IMG/VR virus record: IMGVR_UViG_3300046167_000447
Coordinates: 1,575 to 65,574 of that record
DNA from: a virus
Taxonomy: Duplodnaviria; Caudoviricetes
DNA length: 64,000 nucleotides
Strand: one strand, 5' to 3'
The notes below the pieces were generated by a model, which made no database searches, had not been told where the DNA came from, and saw nothing but the letters and a program-made list of their open reading frames with translations. The stretch's first letter is position 1; each line of letters begins with the position of its first letter. Position numbers and translations under genes: made by a program. This document shows, one piece after another, positions 8,482 through 17,639 of the stretch.

Positions 8482-8495
8482 TTACTTAGTAACTC

Positions 8496-8568
8496 ACACG
8501 TGCACGTGTACGCACTATATCATATACCATTGTAGAGAGAGTAGCATATATGCTACTACTCTCTCTAC
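8496..8568. repeat. Palindromic element copy 1 (candidate origin or operator)
   Basis: ACACGTG palindrome, CTATATCATATACCAT box and 17-bp inverted repeat with 3-nt bulge; second copy at 43243-43309. Confidence 0.7.
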
Positions 8569-8589
8569 TTAACTATTAATAATCACATT

Positions 8590-8787
8590 ATGAAAGTATT
8601 TGTAATAAAATTACTAACCCCTAACAGAAGAACGGGAGGATTCATCTCCGATGTCGTTGGGGTTTTTGACATTGAGTCTGTTGCTTTTGAGGAATCCGAA
8701 AGGATTGACAACGAACAGAAAGAAGATTGGGGTGATGGAGGATTTACTACTATCGAGCCATTCGAATTAAATGAATCGACCTTATGA
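8590..8787 (+). CDS. Hypothetical protein
   Basis: 65 aa ORF. Confidence 0.65.
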   Translation: MKVFVIKLLTPNRRTGGFISDVVGVFDIESVAFEESERIDNEQKEDWGDGGFTTIEPFELNESTL

Positions 8788-9080
8788 GTAGAATGCACAA
8801 CCTAAGGGTAGATACCTACAAAGTAACAGAATGCACATCTGTTAACTTAATCTCCTATGAAGATGACCTTGGTTCTACTAAGGTTATGATGGAAGGAGAG
8901 ACATACTATTCCGTTGAGGGTAACATTGCAGTTATGTCTGTGATGGATGAACAGACCATAGAGATATGGGATGAACGTGCTGAGAAAGGCATTGAGAACT
9001 TATTGTTTACGGATTATGAATCTGTAAGTAAGTATTGGGGTGATATAAAAGTGATATACAATTTAAACGAGAGAAAATGA
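8784..9080 (+). CDS. Hypothetical protein
   Basis: Coupled ORF. Confidence 0.7.
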   Translation: MSRMHNLRVDTYKVTECTSVNLISYEDDLGSTKVMMEGETYYSVEGNIAVMSVMDEQTIEIWDERAEKGIENLLFTDYESVSKYWGDIKVIYNLNERK

Positions 9081-9445
9081 CAGAATCAAATGTTTATGGG
9101 GTCTTGATAGACCCTATTAATGGAGTGACCATCAAAGAATTCGGTGGAGAGATTGGATTAGATGAGATGTATTCAGCAATCGATTGCGAATACGTTGAGC
9201 TATCAGTCCTAACCGATGAGCTAGACCTATGGGTCGATGAGGAAGGATTCATCAACGGAGCAACACAGAGGGTTGGAGTGTTCCAAGTTCAAGATGCGGA
9301 TGGCGAGAGACTCGGTCAGCCAATGTATGCGGGTAAGGGTCTTATCCTTGCCTCCGACAACGAAGGTCGCATTGTAGGTCTAACGAAAGAACGGGCAGAG
9401 GCTATAGTCGGTAGCTTAATGTTTCAAACATCTATGTCTCTATGA
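9077..9445 (+). CDS. DUF3846-like protein
   Basis: L..MY.AIDC..VE and LWVDEEG motifs. Confidence 0.7.
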   Translation: MTESNVYGVLIDPINGVTIKEFGGEIGLDEMYSAIDCEYVELSVLTDELDLWVDEEGFINGATQRVGVFQVQDADGERLGQPMYAGKGLILASDNEGRIVGLTKERAEAIVGSLMFQTSMSL

Positions 9446-9534
9446 TAACAGAATCAACCAATGGAGAATTTATTTTTACGTTGCCTTGTTTTAGGGCAAC
9501 ATTTCATTTATATTAATTTAAACAACTTCAATTT

Positions 9535-10107
9535 ATGAGTAAACTTCAAACTGCTTTAATCAAGGTTCAATCGGAACTAAAAGCACCTAAGAACCAAAGA
9601 AACAACTTTGGGAAGTACAACTACCGCTCTGCTGAGGACATTCTCGAGGCGGTTAAACCTTTGCTATCTGCAAACGGATTGACAATGACAATCACGGACT
9701 CTGCTGAAGAGCTAGGCGGTATGGTGGTTATCACCTCTACTGCAACGATTACAGATGGTACTGACTCTGTTTCCTCATCTGCTCAAGCGGGTGTTGACCC
9801 TAACAGAAAAGGTATGGACATTGCTCAGTCATTCGGCTCATCGAGTTCTTATGCTCGTAAGTATGCAATGAACGGACTTCTTCTTATCGATGATACTAAG
9901 GATGCTGATGCTACCAATACTCACGGACAGACTGCCTCAAGCAGACCCGCAACGTCTCAAGGCGATGATGGTGATTGGTTCTCGAAAGCCATTGAATATA
10001 TAAAGAACGCTAACGACAAGAACCAAGCGTTCGAGTTAGTCAAGAACAAGTACGGAGCAACTGCAAGTGAAAAGCAGATTGGCGCACTAAAGAAGTTCGT
10101 TAAGTAA
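9535..10107 (+). CDS. erf: ERF-family single-strand annealing protein
   Basis: LKAPKNQRNNFGKYNYRSAEDILEAVKP and GSSSSYARKYA motifs. Confidence 0.92.
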   Translation: MSKLQTALIKVQSELKAPKNQRNNFGKYNYRSAEDILEAVKPLLSANGLTMTITDSAEELGGMVVITSTATITDGTDSVSSSAQAGVDPNRKGMDIAQSFGSSSSYARKYAMNGLLLIDDTKDADATNTHGQTASSRPATSQGDDGDWFSKAIEYIKNANDKNQAFELVKNKYGATASEKQIGALKKFVK

Positions 10108-10910
10108 TGCAGTTCGCACAAGCAATACAAGAGAAAACGGGGAAGGGGTATGTATCCGCTTCCTCGTTGAAGTATGCTATCACGGGTAGCAAAGACTTCG
10201 ATATGATGGCTTGGGAACTCAATATGAAAGGAGAACTCAAGAAGACTTCTAAGGCGTTCACATTCGGTGGATTCTTTGATAGTCTGTTGTTAACTCCCAA
10301 TGAAACTTGGGACAGATACGTTGTCTTAAAGGATGATGAGATTTGTGAAGAGATTGGCGGTAAGAACCCTCGTGCTACTAAGCGTTACAAAGAATGGAAA
10401 GCAGAGCAGATGGGTGACAAGGAGTTAATCACACAAGTCGAGTACAATGTAGCTAAGGTTATGTGCCGTAGGTTACGCAACTCCGAGGTCGTTGACCACG
10501 ACACGGGAGAGATTGTAAAGCTAGACAGATTCATTCAAGGCAATGCTCAACAAGAGTTTAACACTTGGATTGGAGATGTGCCCGTACGAGGCTTCTTAGA
10601 TGTCTTGGGCGATGGATTCATTACCGATGTCAAGACTTCATCACGTAGTCTGTCTCAGTTCAAGTGGGATGTTCGTGACTACAACTACGACCTACAAGCG
10701 TGGATGTACTGCGAGGTCTACGGAACTAAAGACTTCTATTGGTTAGTACAGACTAAAGACAAACCTTATACTTGTGGTCTGTTCAAAGCTACTGATGAGA
10801 CTCTTGCTAACGGAGAGCGCAAGTTCTACGATGCGGTTGGAAACATCAGTAATTGGTTAGTGGAAGAACCTAAAGACACATCAACATTTGCCGTACAAGG
10901 CTCAATTTAA
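10107..10910 (+). CDS. PD-(D/E)XK exonuclease (RecE/DUF3799-like)
   Basis: RGFLD, DVKT and Y.YDLQAWMY motifs; next to ERF. Confidence 0.82.
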   Translation: MQFAQAIQEKTGKGYVSASSLKYAITGSKDFDMMAWELNMKGELKKTSKAFTFGGFFDSLLLTPNETWDRYVVLKDDEICEEIGGKNPRATKRYKEWKAEQMGDKELITQVEYNVAKVMCRRLRNSEVVDHDTGEIVKLDRFIQGNAQQEFNTWIGDVPVRGFLDVLGDGFITDVKTSSRSLSQFKWDVRDYNYDLQAWMYCEVYGTKDFYWLVQTKDKPYTCGLFKATDETLANGERKFYDAVGNISNWLVEEPKDTSTFAVQGSI

Positions 10911-10922
10911 AATCAAGTAAGT

Positions 10923-11330
10923 ATGAATATGTTTAGACTTAGGTTAGTGCTGAGGACACTTAAAAGAACCCTCAACAAAGTTATCTATGGTAGACACAAG
11001 GTCAACTATAATAACTCTACGCTCCTTTTCTTGGAGTCGGCTATGGAGAATATGTATGGAGTAGACTTAAACGTCCCGCAACACGGACACAAAGAAGTGC
11101 AACTCAAAAGATTCTTTATTAACTTCTTAGTCGCAGAAACAGATTGGAGCGTAATGGAAATCAGCAGAAGATTTAACTCTGCGGGTATCATAGCCAATGG
11201 ATTATCGAGAAGAACTATGCAGTATTACGTCAACTCTCACGCAGACGAACTGAAAGAAATTTCTCCTAATTCAGTAACTTACGCAAGAGCATACAGAACA
11301 TTCACAAAAACTTTAATTTCAATTCTTTAA
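10923..11330 (+). CDS. Hypothetical protein, possibly DNA-binding
   Basis: 135 aa ORF. Confidence 0.6.
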   Translation: MNMFRLRLVLRTLKRTLNKVIYGRHKVNYNNSTLLFLESAMENMYGVDLNVPQHGHKEVQLKRFFINFLVAETDWSVMEISRRFNSAGIIANGLSRRTMQYYVNSHADELKEISPNSVTYARAYRTFTKTLISIL

Positions 11331-11333
11331 ATT

Positions 11334-11654
11334 ATGAGCAATCAAAATCAAAACTATCAAAACGACCCATTAGTAGGATTCACTAACGCACCACGTGTTG
11401 AGTTACGAATCTCATTCACAGAGGCAGAACTCAATGACCTCAAGCAGTATCTAACGGGCAAGGACACCAAGCGTGTGTACTTAACAATCAAGTCGGGTGA
11501 GAAGAAAGACAAGAGCGGTACATACAACATCTGCTCAGTCTACGACCCGAACAAAGGTCAAGGCACTCAAGCATCTCAGCAGTTTGCACAGAGCCAAGGC
11601 GCACCCGCACCGAGCCAAGCAAACAACACGAATTCGGATGACTTACCATTCTAA
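11334..11654 (+). CDS. Single-stranded DNA-binding protein-like
   Basis: Low-complexity linker and DDLPF C-terminus; recombination context. Confidence 0.7.
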   Translation: MSNQNQNYQNDPLVGFTNAPRVELRISFTEAELNDLKQYLTGKDTKRVYLTIKSGEKKDKSGTYNICSVYDPNKGQGTQASQQFAQSQGAPAPSQANNTNSDDLPF

Positions 11655-11677
11655 GTCGCAGACTTAATAACTACATC

Positions 11678-11706
11678 AGCCTCGCTCCATCGGAGCGGGG
11701 CTTTTT
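11678..11706 (+). terminator. Rho-independent terminator
   Basis: AGCCTCGCTCC/GGAGCGGGGCT stem followed by T run. Confidence 0.8.
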
Positions 11707-11709
11707 AAT

Positions 11710-11748
11710 GCAGAGGATGGTCAATGTGGTTCGACTCCACGCTCTTGC
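11710..11748 (+). ncRNA. Mini tRNA-like element without ACCAC hairpin
   Basis: GCAGAG/CTCTTGC, GATGGTCAA linker, TGTGG-TTCGACT-CCACG. Confidence 0.55.
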
Positions 11749-11994
11749 CCTAATTTTAAATTCAATCACAAATGAAAAAGCTATTATTACTTAGTCTGTT
11801 TGTTGTTTTACCAAGCGAATTAAACACAACAGAAGAGGTCTACCTTGAATCAAAAAGAAACGAACTTGACTCTACTTCAGTCATTAAAACAAACCACTAA
11901 AATATTTAACTATGACAGATTCAATAAGTGCAATATTTCTACTCATAGTCTTGGCTTATTGCTTAGACAAACTAACTTCGCTAATAGAATAACT

Positions 11995-12333
11995 ATGAAA
12001 GCACTAACCAAAGTATTAGCTATGCACCTTTACTCGGAAGGTATGGGTGAGGTTAGCGAGATAACAGACACGACCTTTTGGATTGAAGGTCAACGCAAGA
12101 ACAAGGTTGAGGTTTACGGAACTCACTTAGGCAGAGAAATTAATCTGTCAAATTGTTGTTTATGTGCGGATTTTTTATTACTATCTCTTTTCGACAAAAC
12201 GGGTGACAACGTAATCCTAATGAAGACAAGCGAAGTAAAAGACAGACTAAAAGACAATCAAATATCCTTAGTGGATATGGCTGAGATTATAGTTTATCGA
12301 TGGCAAGTAGAATTTTTACCAACAAAAGAATAA
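11995..12333 (+). CDS. Hypothetical protein
   Basis: Part of ORF 11845-12333; likely start MKALTK at 11995. Confidence 0.55.
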   Translation: MKALTKVLAMHLYSEGMGEVSEITDTTFWIEGQRKNKVEVYGTHLGREINLSNCCLCADFLLLSLFDKTGDNVILMKTSEVKDRLKDNQISLVDMAEIIVYRWQVEFLPTKE

Positions 12334-12344
12334 AACCAAAGAGA

Positions 12345-12470
12345 ATGAATGAGCAAGAGAAAGTCACAAAGATTCTATTTGCCTTGATGGTATTTACAAT
12401 TGTGCGTCTAGCCTTTATTGTTATTGGATTAATGTATGTCTATGCACACCCTACAATAAGTTTAAGATAA
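12345..12470 (+). CDS. Small membrane peptide, paralog A
   Basis: MNEQEKVTKILFALMVFTI...YVYAHPTISLR. Confidence 0.6.
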   Translation: MNEQEKVTKILFALMVFTIVRLAFIVIGLMYVYAHPTISLR

Positions 12471-12622
12471 AATTATGAATAGAATACCAAGTTATCCAAG
12501 TGCAACAAAAGCAGTTTTTATAGGAATAATTATAGCATTGATTTTATACTTTGTGATGCTGAATCTAATTTCCTACAACCCCCAATAAACACCCTACAAT
12601 AAGTTTAAGATAAAATTATGGA

Positions 12623-12832
12623 ATGGATAATATAGAAATTAAAAAAACAAGTATTGGAAAAGTAGGATTCTTTTTTAATAGCGATGAAGAAAAAACACAT
12701 AGAATTGGTAGACTTGTATCAGTTACGCAAAACGGGAATTGTCAAGATGAAGATGGTTGCTATTATGACAATTTTACACCAATGAAAAGAGCTGATTTGT
12801 TAGAATGTATTGATTTGGAATTTTTCTCTTAG
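12623..12832 (+). CDS. Hypothetical cassette protein
   Basis: AT-rich ORF. Confidence 0.6.
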   Translation: MDNIEIKKTSIGKVGFFFNSDEEKTHRIGRLVSVTQNGNCQDEDGCYYDNFTPMKRADLLECIDLEFFS

Positions 12833-12888
12833 TTGTACATAAGACGAGTGTATGGCACGTTGCAACCACTAACTTAAATTAAAAAGAT

Positions 12889-13107
12889 ATGAATTGGATT
12901 AAGAGATTACTTGGATTGAAACCTAAAGAGCAATGTGCTATACACAATGTTAGCAAACGTTTTTGTGTTAAGTATGTTGTTGATGGGAATTTAGCATTAG
13001 AATACAGTTGGTTTTGTGATGCTACAAATGAAGCTATGGCAAGATACGATTTTTGGGATAATCATAATGGATTATATCACGATATAATTTCTGTAAATGT
13101 TTGCTAA
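12889..13107 (+). CDS. Hypothetical cassette protein with attC-like boundaries
   Basis: AT-rich ORF with inverted-repeat signatures. Confidence 0.6.
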   Translation: MNWIKRLLGLKPKEQCAIHNVSKRFCVKYVVDGNLALEYSWFCDATNEAMARYDFWDNHNGLYHDIISVNVC

Positions 13108-13272
13108 CCCCCAATAAACACCATAAACTAATTTAAAACCAAAGAGAGATGAAAATGACAAACGAAGAGATTTACGAGAGAGTAATGGGACACAAGCCAA
13201 ATAAAGATTTTGGCATTAAGGGTTCATTTAGTTGGAATGATATAAACGCTTTGATGAATGAGGCAAAGAGAG

Positions 13273-13395
13273 ATGAGTGAGAGAGAAAAAGCCACAAAGA
13301 TTCTATTTGCCTTGATGGTATTTACAATCTGCACTTTAGCACTAATCGTATTAGCATTGATGTACGTATACGCTCACCCTACAATTAATTTATAA
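13273..13395 (+). CDS. Small membrane peptide, paralog B
   Basis: MSEREKATKILFALMVFTI...YVYAHPTINL. Confidence 0.6.
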   Translation: MSEREKATKILFALMVFTICTLALIVLALMYVYAHPTINL

Positions 13396-13414
13396 CCCTT
13401 TAAAACCAAAGAAA

Positions 13415-13780
13415 ATGGACAGAGAGTTAGCAAATAACATACTCCGAAACGGAGGTAGCGGACAAGCGGGAATGATTAGTTTCACCCGATGTAATCAAGA
13501 AACCATAGACAATATAGAGGCTATGGGCAACGAGCAACTTGAATTAGAGATGAGGTCTGCTTATTGGATGACGTATGTATACGGGCAGTTTTCAATAGCA
13601 GACTTGCAGTATGTTGAATTATTAGCCTTAGAGTTAGACTCAAGAGGTTGGACAGAGACAGATTGGGATAAGTTTAACGAATGGGCAGATGATGAAAAGA
13701 TTAAATTCGATGAGAGCCAAGAAGACTCAATGGGTTCTTTTGAAGTTGATAGTGAATCCGAAGAACCTTTATCTCTTTAG
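13415..13780 (+). CDS. Hypothetical protein
   Basis: 121 aa ORF. Confidence 0.7.
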   Translation: MDRELANNILRNGGSGQAGMISFTRCNQETIDNIEAMGNEQLELEMRSAYWMTYVYGQFSIADLQYVELLALELDSRGWTETDWDKFNEWADDEKIKFDESQEDSMGSFEVDSESEEPLSL

Positions 13781-13783
13781 ACC

Positions 13784-14053
13784 ATGGGCAGAAGGAAGAT
13801 GATTTACGACTCTATAGTTAGGGTTAAGTTCAAGAAGACAGCTAAAGCAAAAGGTTGGACTGAGAGAGAATTAAATACGGTGAGTGTATGTGAAACTCCA
13901 ATAGAATTCAACTCAACTCCACGAGCCTTAGAGGGACTCAAGCAGATGGTATTCGATAAGAAGTCTGTCGGTTTTAGAACCAAGGGAAACTTTGTAGTTG
14001 TAGAGGTAAAGGAAAAGAAACCAATTAGTGAAAGTTTTTATTACTATGATTAA
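13784..14053 (+). CDS. Hypothetical protein
   Basis: 89 aa ORF. Confidence 0.7.
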   Translation: MGRRKMIYDSIVRVKFKKTAKAKGWTERELNTVSVCETPIEFNSTPRALEGLKQMVFDKKSVGFRTKGNFVVVEVKEKKPISESFYYYD

Positions 14054-14717
14054 ATTAACAGACAAGATAATATCCGAGTTCTTTCCGAGGGACAATCGGT
14101 TTCTCCACTTTGTAGCCAAGAAGCACGGACAATTCTTCATAAACGAAGATGATGTTGAACGTGCGTCTTTCTACGCTTTGGAATACATACTCAAGAAGCG
14201 AGGCGAGGAGTTTGAGAATATGTCTCATGTAAACTCGTTGGCTGAATGGGCTTTTCGTGGTGCTATTTCTAGGATGATATCCTACAACCAAGCACAGAAG
14301 AGAGATGTCGAGGTTTACTCCGAGTCGGACTTCTATGCAGACCATGATGATGCAAGAAGCGTTATGGACAATCTGTTCGAGATGCAACCCGAATTGGATA
14401 CGCTACTGACAGATGCAAAGCAATGCTTGGAGGACAAGGATTACGACATCATTAAGATGATAACCCTTGGGTACAATATGGTCGAGATTGGAGAGAAGTA
14501 CAATCAAAGTGCAGAATCCATAAGACAAAGAAAAATCAAAGTTATTAAGCAATTAAGAGTTTATTATGAAATTGACAAGAGAACTGATAGAGTCAATGGC
14601 GAGAGTCTACGAAAAAGAATACAACGTAAATCCTCTAAAAAAGAGAAGGTACAAAGAAGTCGTGCTGAGTCGGCAATCGATTATCTCTATTCTAAAGAAA
14701 AGGTTTTCGCTGAGTGA
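14046..14717 (+). CDS. Sigma-70-like factor (region 4 HTH)
   Basis: L..KDYDIIKM..LGYNMVEIGEKYNQSAESIRQRK resembles sigma region 4; start at ATG 14046. Confidence 0.6.
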   Translation: MIKLTDKIISEFFPRDNRFLHFVAKKHGQFFINEDDVERASFYALEYILKKRGEEFENMSHVNSLAEWAFRGAISRMISYNQAQKRDVEVYSESDFYADHDDARSVMDNLFEMQPELDTLLTDAKQCLEDKDYDIIKMITLGYNMVEIGEKYNQSAESIRQRKIKVIKQLRVYYEIDKRTDRVNGESLRKRIQRKSSKKEKVQRSRAESAIDYLYSKEKVFAE

Positions 14718-14988
14718 GTCGCACTTATCCAATCTGTTTGAGTGCGATAGAGCAACGATATATCATTCTGTGTACACAGTAGAAGAACAAATCAAGCTAA
14801 GAAGCACAGACTACGTTCAGTCTATTGAGAGATGGATTCCAATAATCGAAGAGTTCGAGGAACAGATGAAGAGCGTATCGGTAAGTGTAAATGCAAACAC
14901 AACCGAAGAAATCATCTTGGGATTACTATCAAAACATACGGCAGAAGAACGTGAGGAACTCTTATCTAACATAACAAATCAGTTATAA
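14566..14988 (+). CDS. DnaA C-terminal-like HTH protein
   Basis: RRYKEVVLSRQ...LSNLFECDRATIYHSV resembles the DnaA domain IV signature. Confidence 0.6.
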   Translation: MKLTRELIESMARVYEKEYNVNPLKKRRYKEVVLSRQSIISILKKRFSLSESHLSNLFECDRATIYHSVYTVEEQIKLRSTDYVQSIERWIPIIEEFEEQMKSVSVSVNANTTEEIILGLLSKHTAEEREELLSNITNQL

Positions 14989-14989
14989 C

Positions 14990-15454
14990 ATGACAAACGA
15001 AGAAAGGAAAGCCACTCCTATATTTCAAGGGGTGTTGCGTTATTTCCCAAACGCTTTAAGGGAAGTGTCTCGATGCAGTCTTGCATCAAACAAACAACAC
15101 AATGGAGACGCTCCCGTTTATTGGGATATGGAAAAATCTAAAGACGAACTTGGTTCTTTGACAAGACACCTTGTAGATTTAGCATCGGGCGAAGAGTACG
15201 ATGAAGATGGTACACTCAATCTAGCCAAGATAGCTTGGAGGGCGTTAGGCGCACTAGAAAGACATCTGCAAGGAGATGAATCATTCGAAGGAGAAAACTT
15301 TTATAAAGAACTAAAACAAACGACAGATGGCGAAGAAAACAGAACCGAGGGTAACGATGTTCGAGAGCGTGTTCAAGACGGACAAGCCTTACCACATAAC
15401 ACTTACTACCGCACTACAACGAATAGCAGACGGGTCGAGCAAGGAAACGATTGA
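14990..15454 (+). CDS. dATP/dGTP diphosphohydrolase-domain protein (DUF5664-like)
   Basis: GVLRYFPNAL.EV, QHN, SL.RHL and LAKIAWRAL motifs. Confidence 0.7.
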   Translation: MTNEERKATPIFQGVLRYFPNALREVSRCSLASNKQHNGDAPVYWDMEKSKDELGSLTRHLVDLASGEEYDEDGTLNLAKIAWRALGALERHLQGDESFEGENFYKELKQTTDGEENRTEGNDVRERVQDGQALPHNTYYRTTTNSRRVEQGND

Positions 15455-17162
15455 GAAGGTTCGTGAAGGCGATAAGAAAGCAAAGACAGATTTGCCCGTT
15501 GTTTTATTTTCGGGAGAGTTTACTGCTCGTGAAGATGACCAAATCATATCTCATAGCGGATTAGTAGTCTTAGACTTCGACCATATCGATGTCGAGGCTT
15601 ACAAGAACATTCTATGTACTGACGACCACATACTTGCGTGTTGGGTTTCACCAAGTGGTGATGGACTCAAGGCGTTGGTTCGCATCAGCAACCCCGAAAG
15701 ACATCGTGACCACTTCCGTGCGTTGCAACAATACTTTGACAAGCAGTACAACTTAGAACTCGATTCTTCGGGGGCTAATGAGTCTCGTGCTTGTTTCGAG
15801 TCTTGGGATGAGCACATCTGCATCAAGGAAGATGCACAGACCTTTGGCGGGATGCTTTCGGATGAGGGTGCTACCAAGAATGCTAACGCTACAATCCTAG
15901 AAGGAGAGTTTACAGATTATCAAAAACTCAACATCGCTTGTCGTATGATTCGTACGGCACAAGACGGAGAGAAACACTCTGTTCTTTTAAAGGCATCTGT
16001 ACTTGTCGGTGGTTACATCGGAGCGGGTCGCATAGAAGAGCAAGAAGCTATCCGTGTACTTGAGCGTGAGATTGCACGGCACGATGTTGACTCAATGGAG
16101 ACGGCTCGTAACACTATTCGTGACGGAGTCGAACAAGGTAAGCAGTTGCCTATCCGTGAGGTTATGGATGTTGAGAATGAGGTTCAGCGTGAGCAACTCA
16201 TTGAATCTACAGATATGTCATTCATCTCATCCGATGATGAAGACTTGGCGTGGATTAACGCACTTGCAGAAGGTAAACTTCAGTTAGGTTTAGATACGGG
16301 TAATGAAGCCCTTGACGAACACTTCCGATACAAGAAGGATTTCTTTATCTTTAATGGACACTCCAACGTAGGTAAGACTACAATGGCTCTGTACTTAATG
16401 GTAAACTCATCTATGCGACACGGGTGGAAGTGGCTGATATACTCAGCAGAAAACAAGACCGCATCAATCAAATCTAAACTGATGCAGTTTGCGGGTAATC
16501 GCAGGCTTGAGTCTATGTCTTATCACGAACGCAAGTTCTTGTACGAGTGGGTTAACGAACACTTCGTTGTCATTAGCAACAAGCAAGTGTACACATACTA
16601 CGACTTGATTATATTCGCTGAGAAGATGATGAAGAACGGAGGAATTGATGCGATGTTCATTGACCCTTATAACTCATTGAAGATTGACTTGAGTGGTCGT
16701 AACCAAATCGGTGTACACCAATACCACTACGAGGCAGCGAGTGAATTCCTAACCTTTGCTAACAAGCACGACATTGCGCTATGGCTCAACACTCACGCAG
16801 TTACTGAAGCACAGAGAAGAAAAGGTCAAGACGGATTACCCGTAGCGCCATTCGCTGAAGACACAGAAGGTGGTGGTCTTTTCGTGAATCGTGCAGATTC
16901 ATTCGCCACATTTCACAGAAAAATTCAGCACCCCGAGCCACATTGGAGAAGAACGATGGAGTTTCACATGAGAAAGGTTCGTGAGGTTGAGACGGGCGGT
17001 AGACCTACTCCATTTTTAGAGCCTCTGTACTTCGAGTTGAATGGCACGATGACGGGATTCTCAATCAACGGGCAATATTTATTTCAAGATTTGTTCACTA
17101 CAAAGAATAGTAGCCAACAACAAGAAATAAAACCGCCACAAGACTTGTCTAACGTGTTTTAA
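15327..17162 (+). CDS. Primase-helicase (BT4734/VirE-N AEP domain plus DnaB-like helicase)
   Basis: HSGLVVLDFDH and SPSGDGLK motifs; Walker A GHSNVGKT; IDPYN. Confidence 0.85.
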   Translation: MAKKTEPRVTMFESVFKTDKPYHITLTTALQRIADGSSKETIEKVREGDKKAKTDLPVVLFSGEFTAREDDQIISHSGLVVLDFDHIDVEAYKNILCTDDHILACWVSPSGDGLKALVRISNPERHRDHFRALQQYFDKQYNLELDSSGANESRACFESWDEHICIKEDAQTFGGMLSDEGATKNANATILEGEFTDYQKLNIACRMIRTAQDGEKHSVLLKASVLVGGYIGAGRIEEQEAIRVLEREIARHDVDSMETARNTIRDGVEQGKQLPIREVMDVENEVQREQLIESTDMSFISSDDEDLAWINALAEGKLQLGLDTGNEALDEHFRYKKDFFIFNGHSNVGKTTMALYLMVNSSMRHGWKWLIYSAENKTASIKSKLMQFAGNRRLESMSYHERKFLYEWVNEHFVVISNKQVYTYYDLIIFAEKMMKNGGIDAMFIDPYNSLKIDLSGRNQIGVHQYHYEAASEFLTFANKHDIALWLNTHAVTEAQRRKGQDGLPVAPFAEDTEGGGLFVNRADSFATFHRKIQHPEPHWRRTMEFHMRKVREVETGGRPTPFLEPLYFELNGTMTGFSINGQYLFQDLFTTKNSSQQQEIKPPQDLSNVF

Positions 17163-17180
17163 TTGTTTATCTTTATAGTT

Positions 17181-17639
17181 ATGAGAAGTTATAACAGAAA
17201 ACGCAAGACAGGTGCAGTCAATAGCAAGAAGAAAGTTATAGACGGGATTACGTTTGCATCTAGCCTAGAGGCTTATACTTACGCTAAACTAAAGGAGGTT
17301 GGCATTGATTTTAAATATGAGGGCGAATCTTTCGAGGTTCTGCCCTCGTTTAAGTTTAAGGGGAAATACTTATCCTCTTCGCCAAAAAAGAAAGAGTTAG
17401 CAGACAAAAGCAGCAAGGTGGTACGAGCAATAACGTATACGCCCGACTTCGTTGGAGAAGATTGGGTAATAGAATGCAAGGGATTCATTCCAAGTAATCA
17501 CTCGTTTCCACTTAGATGGAAGCTGTTCTTAAAGATTGCTGACAAGAGAGGCTTTGATGTCTATATGCCTAAGAATCAAAAACAAGTAGACGAAGTTATT
17601 AAATCAATTCAAGAAAAAGGATGGACATTGGGAATTTAG
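17181..17639 (+). CDS. Endonuclease (T7 endonuclease I/DUF1064-like)
   Basis: DGITFASSLE, YTPDF and IECKG motifs. Confidence 0.8.
   Translation: MRSYNRKRKTGAVNSKKKVIDGITFASSLEAYTYAKLKEVGIDFKYEGESFEVLPSFKFKGKYLSSSPKKKELADKSSKVVRAITYTPDFVGEDWVIECKGFIPSNHSFPLRWKLFLKIADKRGFDVYMPKNQKQVDEVIKSIQEKGWTLGI

Larger units (their letters stand above)
12331..13417 (+). repeat. Small-gene cassette array 1 bounded by AAAACCAAAGAGA(G)ATG-type repeats
   Basis: Copies near 12331, 13132 and 13399, partial at 13265; 32-nt duplicate 12446/12589; 17-nt duplicate 12577/13106. Confidence 0.75.
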
